A stretch of 64,000 nt of DNA from the human T2T-CHM13v2.0 reference genome, Homo sapiens: NCBI RefSeq assembly GCF_009914755.1, contig NC_060928.1; one strand, given 5' to 3'. Under the pieces are notes generated by a model. That model saw nothing but the letters and a program-made list of their open reading frames with translations, did no database searches and had not been told where the DNA came from. The position numbers and the translations under genes are program-made. This document shows positions 39,890-54,360 of the stretch, piece after piece; position 1 is the stretch's first letter, and the number at the start of each line of letters is the position of its first letter.

Positions 39890-42800
39890 GTGAGTGTTCC
39901 AGAATACCATGGGGTCCTGATCTGTTTACATCTGAAATAAAATTCCCATAGCTAGAGGCACGTCTTTGAATTGAGGTGAAATAATTATCTCTAGAAAATT
40001 ACTATTAAAATATACAAATGGCTCAGCCCTCATTAACACACTGTCACAGTTTACTTTATCAAATTAAGAAGTTTATGCTCTCAGGGCTCTGCAGATAAAT
40101 GGGAAAAAAATGTTGCTTTTACTTCAGGAAATTGAAAAGATCTCAAACATAGCCCTGGGTAGGAAGGGAAGGTCTACAAAGGACTCCACAGTGGAGTCTG
40201 CCCTCCCGAGGGTTGTGAGGGTAGCATAGCCAGTCATAGTGCCTGAGGTAGGCAGGCTGCAGTGAGTCTAAACTTGTGTTTTTTTCTCTACAGTTGCACC
40301 AGGGTTTTTTTTTTTTTTCTGATATGGTCATGCTTATGATGTGTCAGAACACTTAAAATATTTCCTTCAGTATTTTAAAGGGAGTTGGAGAAGGAGAGTA
40401 GATTTATAAATGTTGCTATGCTGCAAAATTGTTACATTAATTTTGAAATTTTCTGACGGCAAAGATGGCTGAACACTGTAATAATATTTTAGAAATCATT
40501 TTAAAACATGCTTTTTTCCCAAAAGTTTTATTCGATTGAAGAAATCAGGAATTACAACCTTATTTAGAAGTCTTCCTGATGACAAAGGAAAAAAATGTTG
40601 CCCTTCAAGGCACTATTTTAAAAATAGTAATTTCATAAGATTTTAGAAATTTGAATATATACATGTATAGAATGTAAATTTAATATTTATATGTCTTTAA
40701 TGAAAAATAAACTAATAAATATACTTGAGAGACTTATTTGTAACCACAAATATCTGAGATCAAAGTTTAAGAATAGCCCAGATATTTCTTCCATTCAATA
40801 GAACTGTAACCATTTTAAAAATATATCTCAATTGAAATTTTCATTCACCATGCAATGCAGTAATATACCCAGATGTTTGGAGGTATTTAACCAAAATGTG
40901 CTTTCATGAGGAATGAACTTACATATTTCATTTTTCCTACCTAAACTGGAGAATCTCTGGTAATTAAAGCAATTACTGAGCTTATGCCTTTTCAGTCATT
41001 CTTCACAGGTGAGGGTAGAAGAAACTCTATAGTATATCACATTTACTTAATAGCTTTGTGTGTCAATTATACAACACTGCTGAAAATACAATTATTACAT
41101 TTGGGATTGTTTATTAATTTCCTAATTTGTCTTCTCTCTTACTTGTAGATATAGTAGTAATGATCATTCAAATCACATTTTCCTGTTTTTATTTCCTTTT
41201 GATCTTGAATAATTTTCAACATTAAACAAAAACCAATTTTATGTATCAAAGTTATCATCAACTCTTTAATTATGTGATGTTCCAGCTGAATTAATTAATG
41301 CTGAGAAAGGAATAATAACTATTGCACAGGGCAAGACAGGCTTTATTTTGAGGAATTGGATACACTTCCTATTTCTCAAATACCTAAATTTTAAAGTTTG
41401 TCTTAATTCTATATTTTACCTGTTATGTTAGTAATTGTGTAAAAATAAGGAAAAATTCTAGATTCAAGTATAAAATACAAAATTTGGGGCTTCTGGGTCA
41501 TAGTCCCATCATCAAATGTTTCAACTGAAATAGAAAAGATTGAAGGAAGAATCCAGGTCTACATGAAGAAATTATAATAATTAAGTAGCCACTGGTATCT
41601 GATCCCAAACTCTCCAATTACCCATTTTGACAAGATACTTATTAATGCTTTAAGAGTTGAATACCAATGCTTTCAAATAACACAAATATTTTTGTCATCA
41701 AATTTATACTGAACTAAAGCCATTATTTTGAAGAATTTGAAAGAGACTATAAAGTATTCAAAAAACTCACACCAATAGCAGTAACTTAGTGAAAAACCAA
41801 ATTATTAACAATTCCAAGATGCCTTTCCTCTTTTATTTAGATCAGTTAAATAGATACTACAATGTCAACAAGAAAATAAAGGTATTTTTTATTCTTATAA
41901 AGCATACAATTGAGGAAAATGTCTGGCTATAGGCCAACATTATAACTGGGTATCTCCTATTGTATTATGTATATAAATTATCACCTTGTTGTGACAAAAC
42001 TTACTAACACAATAAGAATTACAGTGCAGATTACATGAACAACTTTGTCAATTTTAACACGGAAAAACTAGCCTCCAGAGTAACAGGCAATTCATCATGT
42101 AACTGTTGAAAATAGCTATAATGTAGCTGACTACTCTGCAGTGCTATTTGTTACCAGTTATGGAAACATCTTACTTTTTCTCCTACGGCCAGATCAGGAT
42201 TGCATATTCTGTTTAGGATATTTGAAAGTGTTTTTTAAAAGATGTTGTTTAAGTGAATATGCAAATTGCTTAATCAACATGCTGTCCCATATCAGGATTA
42301 ACTGATATTCAGTTATCTGAACTAAAAATGGTAAATGAGACTAACTCAGTTTTTCTTGCTTATGACAGTTTAACAAATCTGTAAAATACAAGAATCTCAT
42401 CGCATGACTGCAGAGAAGTCACCCTAGTATTCTGAAAATTAATGCAGTTCATAAGATGTCAGTATTTTAAACTCCTTTCACTGGTGGGATCAGACTCATG
42501 TGTCTTACAGCTAAATTTAATTAAGCAGTTTGATATGTTGTGATTAACTGATGTGCACTCTTAAGACTAGATGAAGTATATTGCTGAAATTATTTAATAA
42601 GCAGAGAAGATTAAGAAAAAGGTTAGAAATTAAATAACATTACATTAAAAAATTTTTTTCAACATCATGGGTTTGTTCTTTAAATAGGGACAGCTAGGGA
42701 CAGGTTGGAAGGTCATTTGATTAAGACATCTCATGAATGCTCTAAGATATTTTTAATATACGTATTGAACAACTTGACATACCACAAGCCCCATCTGAAA

Positions 42801-42900
42801 TTATGCCTTGCTGTTTCTCATGAATGACAATGAAATAATATCTTGACACATCAAGTAATCGCTGCCATATTTAAAGCATGAATGGACACTGTAAAATCTA

Positions 42901-43254
<354 letters not shown>

Positions 43255-46200
43255 TCAGTGAAACATAAGTACATAATAACAAAGGTTCAGATGTGAGAGT
43301 CTTTGAAAATTACAAGCTATGAGTAGAAAAATCACAGATGTGGCCCGACAATTCCTTCAGAACATCTATATTGACCTTTATTTTTTTTTTTTTTTTGTAT
43401 TCTGTGTACCCACATTTGGAAAAGAGTTTTCAAAAGGGTTGACATTGCTCTTCACCTAATGTTACACATTATATTTTGGGACATATTTTAAAATATTGTT
43501 CTATTGCATATTTAAATCCATTTTGCTCTTCTAGGTAACAAAATTAAGTCTCTAATTATTAAAGGTTATCAACCAGATGTCATAAAATGTAATAAAAAGT
43601 TGATAACAACATGCTATCAAACAAAAATCTGAAAATGTTCTGTTCAATTTCCATAACAGAGTATCTTTCATGTGTGGATAGAAAACAAGACTCAGTGACA
43701 AGGTGAAAAGTAGGTCAAAAATGACTTCAAAATGTCAGTGAAACTAAAACAATTGAAGCCCTAATTGTTTTCTTGCCCATCGAAATTAATCTCATTTGCT
43801 TAAACTTAGGCCATAACTGTTTTGATCACAGATAGGGAAAGAGTCTAGCAAATTATACTGCTAAGTTTTCAAAATCTTTTAGCTGACAGTTTAACTAAAA
43901 TGGTAGTAATGCTTAGATTTTAACTCCAAGTCAGAGATGCCATAGGTTTCAAATCCAAGACAGAGTTTGCAATGTGGAGAACTCCACTGCCAATTGAGCA
44001 TTCTGGGTAATAGTGTTTTAAAGAACGGATGTAGTCAAAACACATTTAGATACCCTGATTACTTTAGCTTTCAGGTTAAGAAATTTTATTTGAAAATGTT
44101 CTTTTTAGGCATTGAAAAAATCTTTAAAGTGTAAATAAGCCGAGGGGAGTTATTTCAACTAATGACATGGCCTGAAAAGAACTGAAGCAGCAAAACTCCA
44201 TGTCTGAAGTTTAGATTGATTGCCACTATGCTTTAGAGTTTCATAGCCTCTCTGGAATAAAGGAAATATCACATTTTAATGTGAAGTTACAATTTAATTT
44301 TGTTAGCTGATGTAAACTATTTTTCTGATTTTAATGAACCTAGAACAATGCTTAATGTTTATACATGTCTTCAGATGTTATATATAGTCATAAACTGAGC
44401 CAATAAAAATAGGTTACAGGATTAGATATAAATTAAATGGTACTTGCTTTTCTTCTCTTTTTATGTACATTATTTTAGATAAAAATAGAAAACGTTTCTT
44501 TTAAAAAAAGAAAAAACAATAATACAATCATTATTATTCTTTGATAGACTATACACAGGCTACTTGGCTGTGGCACCATGGATATAGGGTACCAGCTGAT
44601 TACAAAAAGAGCCTGGGAATGTCCCCTAGAGACATTGGATCCAGAGATTTTGAGGCTTATGGGATACATCACCTCCCTAGGTTAATTTCAAAGTAGGTTG
44701 TTCATTGCCACAAATATTTATATTAAAATATGTACAAGTTGTAATGACATGAATATTCTCAATATATTCTAAATTTAAAGTTTAATTTACCATTAAACCA
44801 TTTAATTTTTTTAGCCCAGTCAAATTTGTACAAGGTTTAAATGTCTACACAGTGAAGTTGTATTTTTATTTCCTCTCTCATATTTAGAAAACAGTGTTTT
44901 ACTCTCAAAATTGATCTGGTTTCATCAAGTACTTCCAGTCATTATTAATTATTTTAATAATTTAATCTTTCACTTTTGAATTTTATTTATCAAAATATGG
45001 ACTATTATGAATAAGAGGATATCATTATGTGTTCCGTGATGTGTGTCAACTTTTCCTATATAAGTAATCTCTTGTCGGTTCATTTCTCCCTGGAACATGA
45101 AAACAGAGCAAAGTCAAAATATAGTAAAATGTGACCACCAATCCTGTGTGAAATTGGTCATAACAGGAAAGTCCATATAATTGTCATCTCCAATTTAAAA
45201 AAAAAATGACAAGAAACACCTATATTTATTATGCTTGAATGGGAAAGGATACAGTCATCATGTGAGTAAATTTAATAAGATTTGCATTATATAATCCTGA
45301 TGCAAGAGTGTTTGGTATTTTACAAGAAGAAATAAAAATGTGTGTGTGTGTTTAAGTTTTAGTTTTATATTTTTGTATTTTTGCTCACAAATTATTTTTG
45401 GTGTTACATAAAACCTAAGCAGATACATAGTAATTAGGTATTTTAAAATTATTTATTTTCTTTGGAAGCATGACTGTGATAATTTTCTTCTCTTTAAAAA
45501 ATTCTGTTGTCTTGACTGTCTATAACCATGCTTTGAAGTAGCTAAATAACATGTATTATAGACCTGCAAATTAGCACTTAGTTGCCTTGAAATCCTAGTT
45601 GCAAATTAGAGCTTGACCACACTAAATAGGAACAATTCTGTTGCTCACTTAGTTCAACATCAACAAATTTCTTTCCTAAAGACACTAGGAAAAAAATAGA
45701 ATGTAATAAGCCTTGATCTGTAACAGTTTCCAGAAATGAACTTGGTATATTTTAAAATTGGTTTTATATGCACAACTGCAAGCTATTGATTTGATTATTC
45801 ATGTTGCTAAGCGCTGCTGAATGTGGATGGGCACCCTTGTTTACTGAGATAGAGCAAGGTCTCCTCAATAGGCAACATAACCTGTGGCCATAAATGCTTA
45901 AGTGGATGCAATGACTTCTTCACATGCATGCAAAGCAAGGCAGGTAAAATCAACAAACTAAAGGCCAAGCCCATTGTAATAACCCTGTAGAGAATAGAGC
46001 TAATTATCTAGAAAATTCAGCCTACCACCTAAATATTTAGGAAAATCTTGGATTAAAAACACCAAAAACAAACAATAAATCCAACCAGTTTCCAACATTT
46101 GTCCCCAGATCTACTTAAATTGCATCCCACATGCCACCACCCTTTTCCTAAGGATATGAGCATCGTTTCAAGTTGTAATTTGTGTATACATCAGAGCACA

Positions 46201-46744
46201 GGTCTTATGAGGACATTGGTAAAACTTCAAATAAAAGAGAATAGATATTTTCTAAAATAATATTCAGTATTAACCACTGGAATAAAGGACTCAAAATTCG
46301 GAATATTGTGCTTATTCTTGTTTTGTCGTGTATTAATACAAAAACCATGACAAAAAGTAATTCTGAGTCTAAGCATCTATATAAGAGGTCCTGATTCTTC
46401 TTCCTCACCTACCTTGCCTTTTTAGTGGAATGATGATATCCGCACAAAGAACCTTAAACACAAAATCCCAATTGTAAATGAAATCATAAATTTTATGAAA
46501 AAAAATACACTAATTCCTTCTGGTCATCTGCAGTACATTTCTACAGTGACAAAGAAGTGAGTATAAATTAATGAGACTTAATACTAGACAAATAATAAAC
46601 TTTAATGAGAATAAGAGAGCTCTTTCTCCATATAAATTAACAAGCTTAATTTAGTCATCTTCAAGTCTATGAATTTCTTTTTTTAACTATATTGCCTGTG
46701 TTTCTAATATATTTTGATTTTTTTTAAAGAGACTACTTTAGTTG

Positions 46745-46780
<36 letters not shown>
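46745..46780. repeat. (TA)n microsatellite
   Basis: Direct reading of the sequence. Confidence 0.95.
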
Positions 46781-46784
<4 letters not shown>

Positions 46785-46824
46785 TGCTAGTAGTTTTGAT
46801 TGCAATTCTGGAGTTTTAAATAAA

Positions 46825-49800
46825 TTTTTTTTTATTTTAAGTATAAATTCAGATGAAAATTTCAGTATAATAGAGATCCCTTGTATCCTTTACATAATTT
46901 CCATCAATGATAACATCTTAATAACTATAGTATAATACCACAACAAGGATATTGACAGAAGAGTCCCATCACTGGAAGGATCCCCCATTACTGTTTTATA
47001 GCCACATCTACTTTTCCTTTGGCCCCTATCACCTCATTAGTTCCTGATAAGCACTAAACTCTTCTTCATTTCTCTAAATTTTGTCAACTTCAAAAATGTT
47101 ATATAACTGTAACTAACATGTCACATAAAGTATGTGATCACTTGAGATTGCATTTTTTTCACCAAGTATAATGCCTTTGATATCCATTTGAGCTGTTTAT
47201 GCATTGGTAGTTTATTTCCTTTTTATTGCTCAGTAATATTCCCTGGTATCTATGTTCACTTTGTTTAACCTTCCAACTCATATAGGGTATCTAGACTGTA
47301 CAAATAAAGGTATGATAAACATTCATGTACAGGTTTTTGTGTGAACATACAATTTCATTTCTTTGGGGAAAATGTCCAAGAATTCAATTGCTGGATTGTA
47401 TGATAATTTTACTGTTAATATTTTAAGAAAACACCAGATCATCTTGTATAGTGGCTAGACCATTTTACATTGTTGGCAGTGATGTTTTAATGATCTAGTT
47501 TTTCTGAATACATGCTAGGGTTTGGTGTTAGTAATGATATATCATTGTGGCTTTAATTTGCATTTTCCTGGTTACTAATGACTTGAAACATCTTTTATGG
47601 ATTTATATGCTGATATGGATTGAATGGTCTTCCCCATAAAAATCATATATTGAAGCTCTAACCCTCAATATGACTTTATTTGGAGATAAATATGACTTTA
47701 TTTGTCATGGTTTTCATATTAATACACAACAAAACAAGAATAAAGTGCACTATATAGGAGGGCCTATATAGTGGAAATAAAGGTTAAGTGAGGTCTTAAG
47801 GGTGAGGCCTTGGTCTGGTAGGACTGGTGTCCTCATAAGAAGAGGAAGACATATGAGAGAGCTCTCTCTGTCCCTGAACTGCACAGAGAAAAGGTCGTGT
47901 AGGGACACAATGAGAAGATGGTCATCCACAAGCCAGAAAGAAAGGCCTCTCTAGCAAACAACTCTTAAGGGCACCTAAATCTTGGACATCTAGCCTCCAG
48001 AGCAATGAAAAAATTTTTTTCTATCGTTTAAGCCACCTAGTCTGTGGTATTTTATTATGACAGTACTAGAAGACTAATACATATGCCATCTGTGTCTCTT
48101 CACTGAAATGTTCCCCGTGGTTTTTTTTTTTTTTTTGGCAATTTTCTAATTGGATTGATAATTTTTTTTTAATGTTGAGTTTCAAGAGTTTTTTACATAT
48201 ACCAGATCCTAGTGCTTTGTCATAAACATTGTTTATAAATATTCTTTCTCAATTTTGTATCTTGTCTTTTCATCTTAATAGAGTGTTTTGCAGAAAAAGA
48301 AAATGTTTAATTTTGTTGAAGTCTAATTCATCAAATTTTTTGTATGGACCATGCTTTCAGTGTCAAGACTAAGTACTCTGCCTAGCCCTAGATTATGAAG
48401 ACTTTTGTATGTTGTTTTAAAGTGTCAAAGTTCTGGATTTCATACATAAGTCTGTGATGTATTTTGAGCTAATATTTTATATAATGTATGAGACATAGAT
48501 TGAGTTTTATTTTTTAACTATTGATGTCCAAATTGCTATAGCACCATTTGTTGAAAGGCTATCTTTCCTTCATTGAAGTGCTTTTGCACCTTTGTAAAAA
48601 AAAATCAGTTGGGCATATTTATGTCGGCCTTTTCTGGATGCGCTATACTGTTTTATTGATCTGATATTGATCTGAGTGTTTATCCTCTCCATATTAATTG
48701 AAATATCAATAACGCACAGTTTTGAGTACTCTATATCATGATCTTGAAATTGGTTAGAGTGTTTCCCCCTATTTTATACTCTTTTTCAAAATTGTTTTAG
48801 TAATTTTAGATATTTTGCCTTTCTACAGAAATATTAAAATAGTTTATATCTATATCTACATAAATATTACTGTGATTTTGAAGGGAAAAGCATTAAATCT
48901 ATATATCAATTTGAAGACAGTTGACAATTTTGCCATGTTGAGTCTTACAGTCCATGAGCATAGTATTTCTTTGCATCTATTTACATTTTTCATTTCTATT
49001 AGCAGTGGGTTCTATTTTTAAGCATATAAGTTCTATACAGTTCTGGTTAGAATTATACCTAAATATTTAATTTAGGTATGAATTAATACATAATATTATT
49101 TAAACTTTAATGTTAAATTATTAATATCTAATGATTGAAAATCTTATTGTATTTTTTAATTTTAGTATCCACATATTTACTACTAGTACTTAGAAATACA
49201 ATTGATTTTTTACTATGTATTTAATACCCTCCAAACTTGCTAAACATACTTGTAAGTTCTAGATGTTTTTTGGTAGATTCCTTGATGTTTCCTATTGGGA
49301 CAATTACATCATTTATAATAAGGACAGTTTTGTTTCTTCTTTTTCTGGCTGTGTATCTTTATTATTTCTTTCTTCCATTATTGCACTGGCAAAAACTTCC
49401 AGTTTTATGCTGAATAAACCTGAGCGCCATAGATATTCTTGTCTTGTTCTCAATTGTAGGAGAAAAACACCAAGTCTTTCATCATTAAGTATAACATTAC
49501 CTAGAGGTTTTTTGTATACTTTATCAAGATGAGTTAGTTATCTCCATTCCTATTTTTCTGGGAGTTTTTGTTATGAATAAATATGAAGTGGTTATCAAGT
49601 GTTATTTTGTGTGTGTACATTGAATGATATGGCCATGTGATTTCTCATGCTGACATCTTTCTCCTCTCCCTCTGTGACTCCAGTGACACTAATGTTATAT
49701 CTTCTGTTATAGTCAGAGAAGCCTCTGAGCCTTTTTGTTTATAGTCTGCTTTGTCTCTGATATTCAAATTGGTAATTTTTACTATTCTACCTTCTAACAT

Positions 49801-50400
49801 ATTATTTTTTTCTCTGTCTTTTCTGTGGGGAGTTACTGCTTCATACATGGTTTCCATTGATATAATGAGGGAGTGGTGATGGCCTCGTTACCATTTTGCT
49901 GTGATGAAAGTCGGACTGTTCACTAGGCCTCATCTAGCACTCTGACATCATCCCATTGGTGAGAGGGAGGAATGATTTGTCATGGCCAGTTGAGGATGGA
50001 AGCCCAGGATTTCCACATGATCTCCATTGGCACAACAGGTGTGACCCTATTACTGCTCATTGAAGATGAAAGTTCTGCCTCCTGACTCAGCCTTTTCTGA
50101 CACCACCCTGAAGGGAGCATTAAGGTGAGCTGTTGTAACTTGTCAACAGTGGAAGTCTGTTTTTGGTGGTGCGTATCTATTCATGTTTTGGAATTGCTGG
50201 CTTCTTTAGCTCCAAGCTGGCAATATATGAGGCAAAAAGAAAACCTACAGAATTCAACACCATGTCATTTCTTGTATCCTATGTGTCTAGGCCATCTGTT
50301 TTCTTTCTACCTTTCAGTCTTCTAGTGCTTATTTTATATATAATTTTCAGGGATTCTAGTTATACAAAGATATCTACTTCGTCTTTCTGGAAGCAAAGTA
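46825..50400 (-). mobile_element. Old L1MC-like element: 3' UTR, part of ORF2 and deleted 5' pieces
   Basis: Antisense L1 motifs aacattcatgtacaggtttttgtgtgaacat, gcaccatttgttgaa, cttattgcactggc; 3' end ataacatctt..taactatagtataat is of L1MC type. Confidence 0.85.
47611..48081 (+). mobile_element. MLT1A/B MaLR solo LTR nested in the L1MC
   Basis: tgatatggattgaat...gactggtgtcctcataagaagagg...gactaataca; perfect 5-bp TSD tatgc at 47606-47610 and 48082-48086. Confidence 0.92.
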
Positions 50401-51289
50401 GCTATATTTTCTTTTTGGGGAAGTAAATTAAAATAATTCTTATGAGAAAGAAAAAACAGTATTTCATTCTTTATAATCACAATCAAATTGTGACAAAAAC
50501 AGCATTTTTAAATATGAGTTGAGGTGATGAAAAATATTAGGATCTAAGTGTCTAATAAGAAACGAAAATGTAGTTATGCTGCTCAAGAATAAAACAGGGC
50601 TGTAAATGTCAATTTGAAAACTATGTGCATATCACTAATTAGCCAATTGTGAAATGATTGAGACTACTTAAAAAGTATTTGGAAAAAAGGAAAAAAGAAA
50701 TATAGAATTTTGAAGATAAAACATAATTAAATAAATTGAGAAGAAGAGTAAGAAAAATAGATTTGTTGTTTTTCCAAAATTTATCTAAAAATAGGCAAGC
50801 CCATTCTTTTGGTCTTATATTATTCTTTAAACATAGTTTTGAAAATATATACTAAAAAACTGATAAGCACTTCTTATGATAAACTAGGGTCTGTGCTTCA
50901 AAGAACAATATTTGTCATTTTTCAGTATATTAAAAAAAGGTGCCTTAGGCTTTAAAGATGTTAGAAAGAGGAATCAGACACACATGCACACACACACACG
51001 AGTTATTGCAACAAGATGGAAATAAGAGTATATCCTATTTCTCAGTCTCATTCTATTACAGCACATCATTTAAGCAGTTTGGTAATATGATATCCTGAGT
51101 GTGAAGGCAAGGTAGATTCATTCCTCTAGATGTTTACTTCTTTGATTTTAAAAACTGAAATATTTACTCCTCTCATATCAATATCAGAAAATACCACTGG
51201 CCTTGAAATCAACTTTAATTCTTCAGATAAATATATTGAGAAATATCTTTACTATTTCTGCTTCACAAAATTCCAGTTCAGCACCAGTA

Positions 51290-54075
51290 AAGACATATAA
51301 TTTTATAAACCAAGGAAGACAAAGAGAATAGCAGAGAGCATGACAACAGATGGGAGATGTCAGTGAAATTATAGAAGAGTAAATTAGTTTAGAGTGTTAA
51401 CTGATTTAGACGAGCAGTGAACACTGAAATCTAAGTGTTAAAAGAAAAGCCACACCTCAAAAAATCAAATTGAACTGCAATATGACACTCTAGAAAGTTT
51501 TATTTATTGAGTGAACAAATATCTCAAGAGAAGGGGGTAAACGGTAAGGCTGAAAAGCAGAATAGTTATTTAAAAGTCTGTATCAGAACAGTAGAAATTC
51601 CAGATTTCCTATTTTGTCACCCCAAATCCAGGTAACTAGTACTCCCCAATCTAGGAAAATGATATTTCATGACCTACTCCAAAAATGATCTGATTCCCAC
51701 CAGATTGCCTGCAATGAAACCTCTTTTCATCTATCCTCATCCATGTACATACATCTCCAAATTATACTTAAAGGTTCGTCAGAAAGTTGAGTAAAGTCTT
51801 ATCATACAAGACAAGGATGAAAGAAAAAAAAAGAAAAATTAATTAGAGAAAAGCAGAAACAATTTAGGAAACAAACTATATATATATATATATATAGTGT
51901 GCGTGTATATATAGTGTGTATATATGTATATATACACACATGTACACATACACACACATTATTTGCAAATACATTTAATTATTTTATATTCTCAGAAAGA
52001 AAATACTTACATAAGTTTATGTTCACCTATATACAAATTATTATCCTCAGGGAGATAATAGAACATATGGCACTGATGAAATATGAACAAGATATCATAA
52101 AATTAATAATAATCAGAAATAGAACTATAGAAATAATATTATAGAAAAATTTTAACAAAGTTCAATAGAACGGTTAGTTGGCAATATTCAGGAAGTCCCC
52201 TGAAATGTTGATGAAAAACAGGAGAGAAAAGATAGGAAAATAAAAGCTTCAAAAAAAGAAAAAAGAGAGGCGAAGCAAGATGGCCAAATAGAAGCCTCCA
52301 ACGAATCATCTCCCCGACAGGAATACCAAATTTAACAGCTATACAGAAAAAGCACTTTCATAAGAACCAAAAATTAAGTGAGCATTCACAGTACCTGGTT
52401 TTAACTTCGTATCTCTAAAAGAAGCACTGAAAAGCACAGGGAAAACAGTCTTGCATGGCTGATGCCACTCCCTCCCACATACTCCAGTAGCCTGGTGCAG
52501 AGAGAGAATCTGTATGCTTGGAGGAGGGAGAGCACAGTGATTGCGAGACATTGCATTAAACTCATGCTCCCCTGTCTCAATGGAAAGCAAAACATCACTG
52601 AACTCAGCTGAATCCCACCCATGGAGATAGCATTTAGACCAGCTCTCACCAGAGGGGAATGGCTCTTTCCAGCAGTCAGAATTTGAGTTCTGGTAAGCCT
52701 TGCCACCATTGGCTAAAGTGCTCTGGGGTACTACATAAACTAGAAAGGCTGTCTAAGCAATAAGGACTGAAACTTGTAGGCAAGTCCTAGTGCTGAGCTG
52801 GGCTTATAGTCAGTGGACTTGGGGACCATGACCTAATGAGACACCAGCCAGGGCAACTAAGGGAGCACTTGTGCCAACACTCCCTGAAACCTAGGCAGCA
52901 CAGCTTACAGCTCCAGATCAGAACCCATCCTTCTGCTTGAGGAGAGGAAAAGAAAGAGTAAAGAGGACCTTTGTCTTGAATCTTGAATACCAGCTTAGTC
53001 ACAGTAAGATAGGACACCAGTCAGAGTTGTGAGGTCACCCATTCCATGCCCTAGATCCAAGATAACATTTCTAGGCATACCCTGCACCAGAAGGGAACTT
53101 GCTGTCTTGAAGGGAAGGACTCAGTCCTGGCAGGACCCATCACCTGGTGACTAAAGAGCTGTGCACCCTAAATAACCATCAGCAATATCTAGGTATATGG
53201 TACATATACACAGGGAGTATTGTTCAGATGTAAGAAGAATGAGATCCTGTCATTTGCAACAACATGGATGGAACTGGAGGTCATTATGTTAACGGAAATA
53301 AGCCAAGCATAGAAAGACAAACTGCATGTTTTCACTTATTTGTGAGAGCTAAATATTAAAACAATTGAACTCATGAAGATAGAGAGTGAGAAGGATGGTT
53401 ACCAGAGGCTGGGAAGGATAGTGTGGGAGTGAGGGAGGATGTCAGATGGTTAATGGGTACAAAAAATACCTTGAAAGAATGAATAAGACCTAGTATTTTC
53501 CAGCAAAAGAGGGTGACTATAGTAAAAAAATAATTCAATTGTGCATTTAAAAATAACTAAAAGAGTATAATTGGATTGTCTGTAACACAAAGGATAGATG
53601 CTTGAGGTGATGAATACCTCATTTACCCTGATGTGATTATTATGCATTTTATGCCCATATCAAAATAGCTCATGTAACACATCAATATATACCCCTGCTA
53701 GGTACCCACAAAAATTAAAAATTAAAAGAATTCCAATTAGAGTATGAGTGTTTAAAAAAAACCATAAAAACAGAAAAAATACATAATCAAATAAATAATT
53801 CAAAAAATTTCCCAGGGCTCAAAGATACACTCTTATATGAAATGACCCACCGAATTAAAGATCAATGAATGCCAACAGGGTCACTCCAAGATATATCATA
53901 CACCACTCTGAAATTAAAATCCTGGAATAAAGAGAAGATCCTAAAAGCTTGCAGAAGAGAAGAAAGTTTTAAATCTTAAAAGACAACAGAGATGTAAAGA
54001 AGGAAAGTCTGAGAAGAATAAAGAGGGGAAATGTCCTGTAAGAACAATCAAGAAGTGGAATGACACCAGTCTTTA
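51290..54075 (+). mobile_element. Very old L1ME 5'/ORF1 remnants hosting the L1MA insertion
   Basis: A-rich ORF1-like pieces (aaaatttcccagggctcaaagatac; ataaagagaagatcctaaaagctt) on both sides of 52265-53727. Confidence 0.55.
52265..53727 (+). mobile_element. L1MA (L1MA2/3-like) with 5' UTR fused to 3' UTR; ORF1 and ORF2 absent
   Basis: L1M1-type start gaggcgaagcaagatggccaaatagaagcctcca to ~53195, then tatggtacatatacaca...ggatagatgcttgaggtgatg...gtacccacaaaaattaaaaattaaaa. Confidence 0.8.
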
Positions 54076-54083
54076 ATATAATA

Positions 54084-54104
54084 CACATACACACAAACAC
54101 AAAC

Positions 54105-54140
<36 letters not shown>
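54084..54140. repeat. (CA)n-(GA)n compound microsatellite
   Basis: Direct reading of the sequence. Confidence 0.9.
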
Positions 54141-54144
<4 letters not shown>

Positions 54145-54305
54145 GAGATATTAAACATTAATCCCCTCTGTATACTTCAAAAGAGGAGGGGATTCAAGAA
54201 AAAGACAAAAATTGAATTTACTTAATAGGATCTAAAACAAGAAGTGAAGCATAAATGCTCATGTCTTAATAGTTATTGTTAATTACAGAAGTTTTAAGAC
54301 ACATA

Positions 54306-54360
54306 AGAGAAAAAAAGAAAAGAAAAAGAAGAAAGAAGGAAAGAAAGAAAGAAGGAAAAA
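54306..54360. repeat. (GAAA)n-like purine tract
   Basis: Direct reading of the sequence. Confidence 0.85.

Noticed and set aside
42259-42266. Octamer ATGCAAAT (also at ~12145 and ~45280)
   Set aside because: Several copies are expected by chance in 64 kb of AT-rich DNA; no clear adjacent SOX site.
53185-53205. L1MA fusion junction as a splice product
   Set aside because: The GT of ag/gta is retained in the fused sequence, which does not fit removal of a GT-AG intron.
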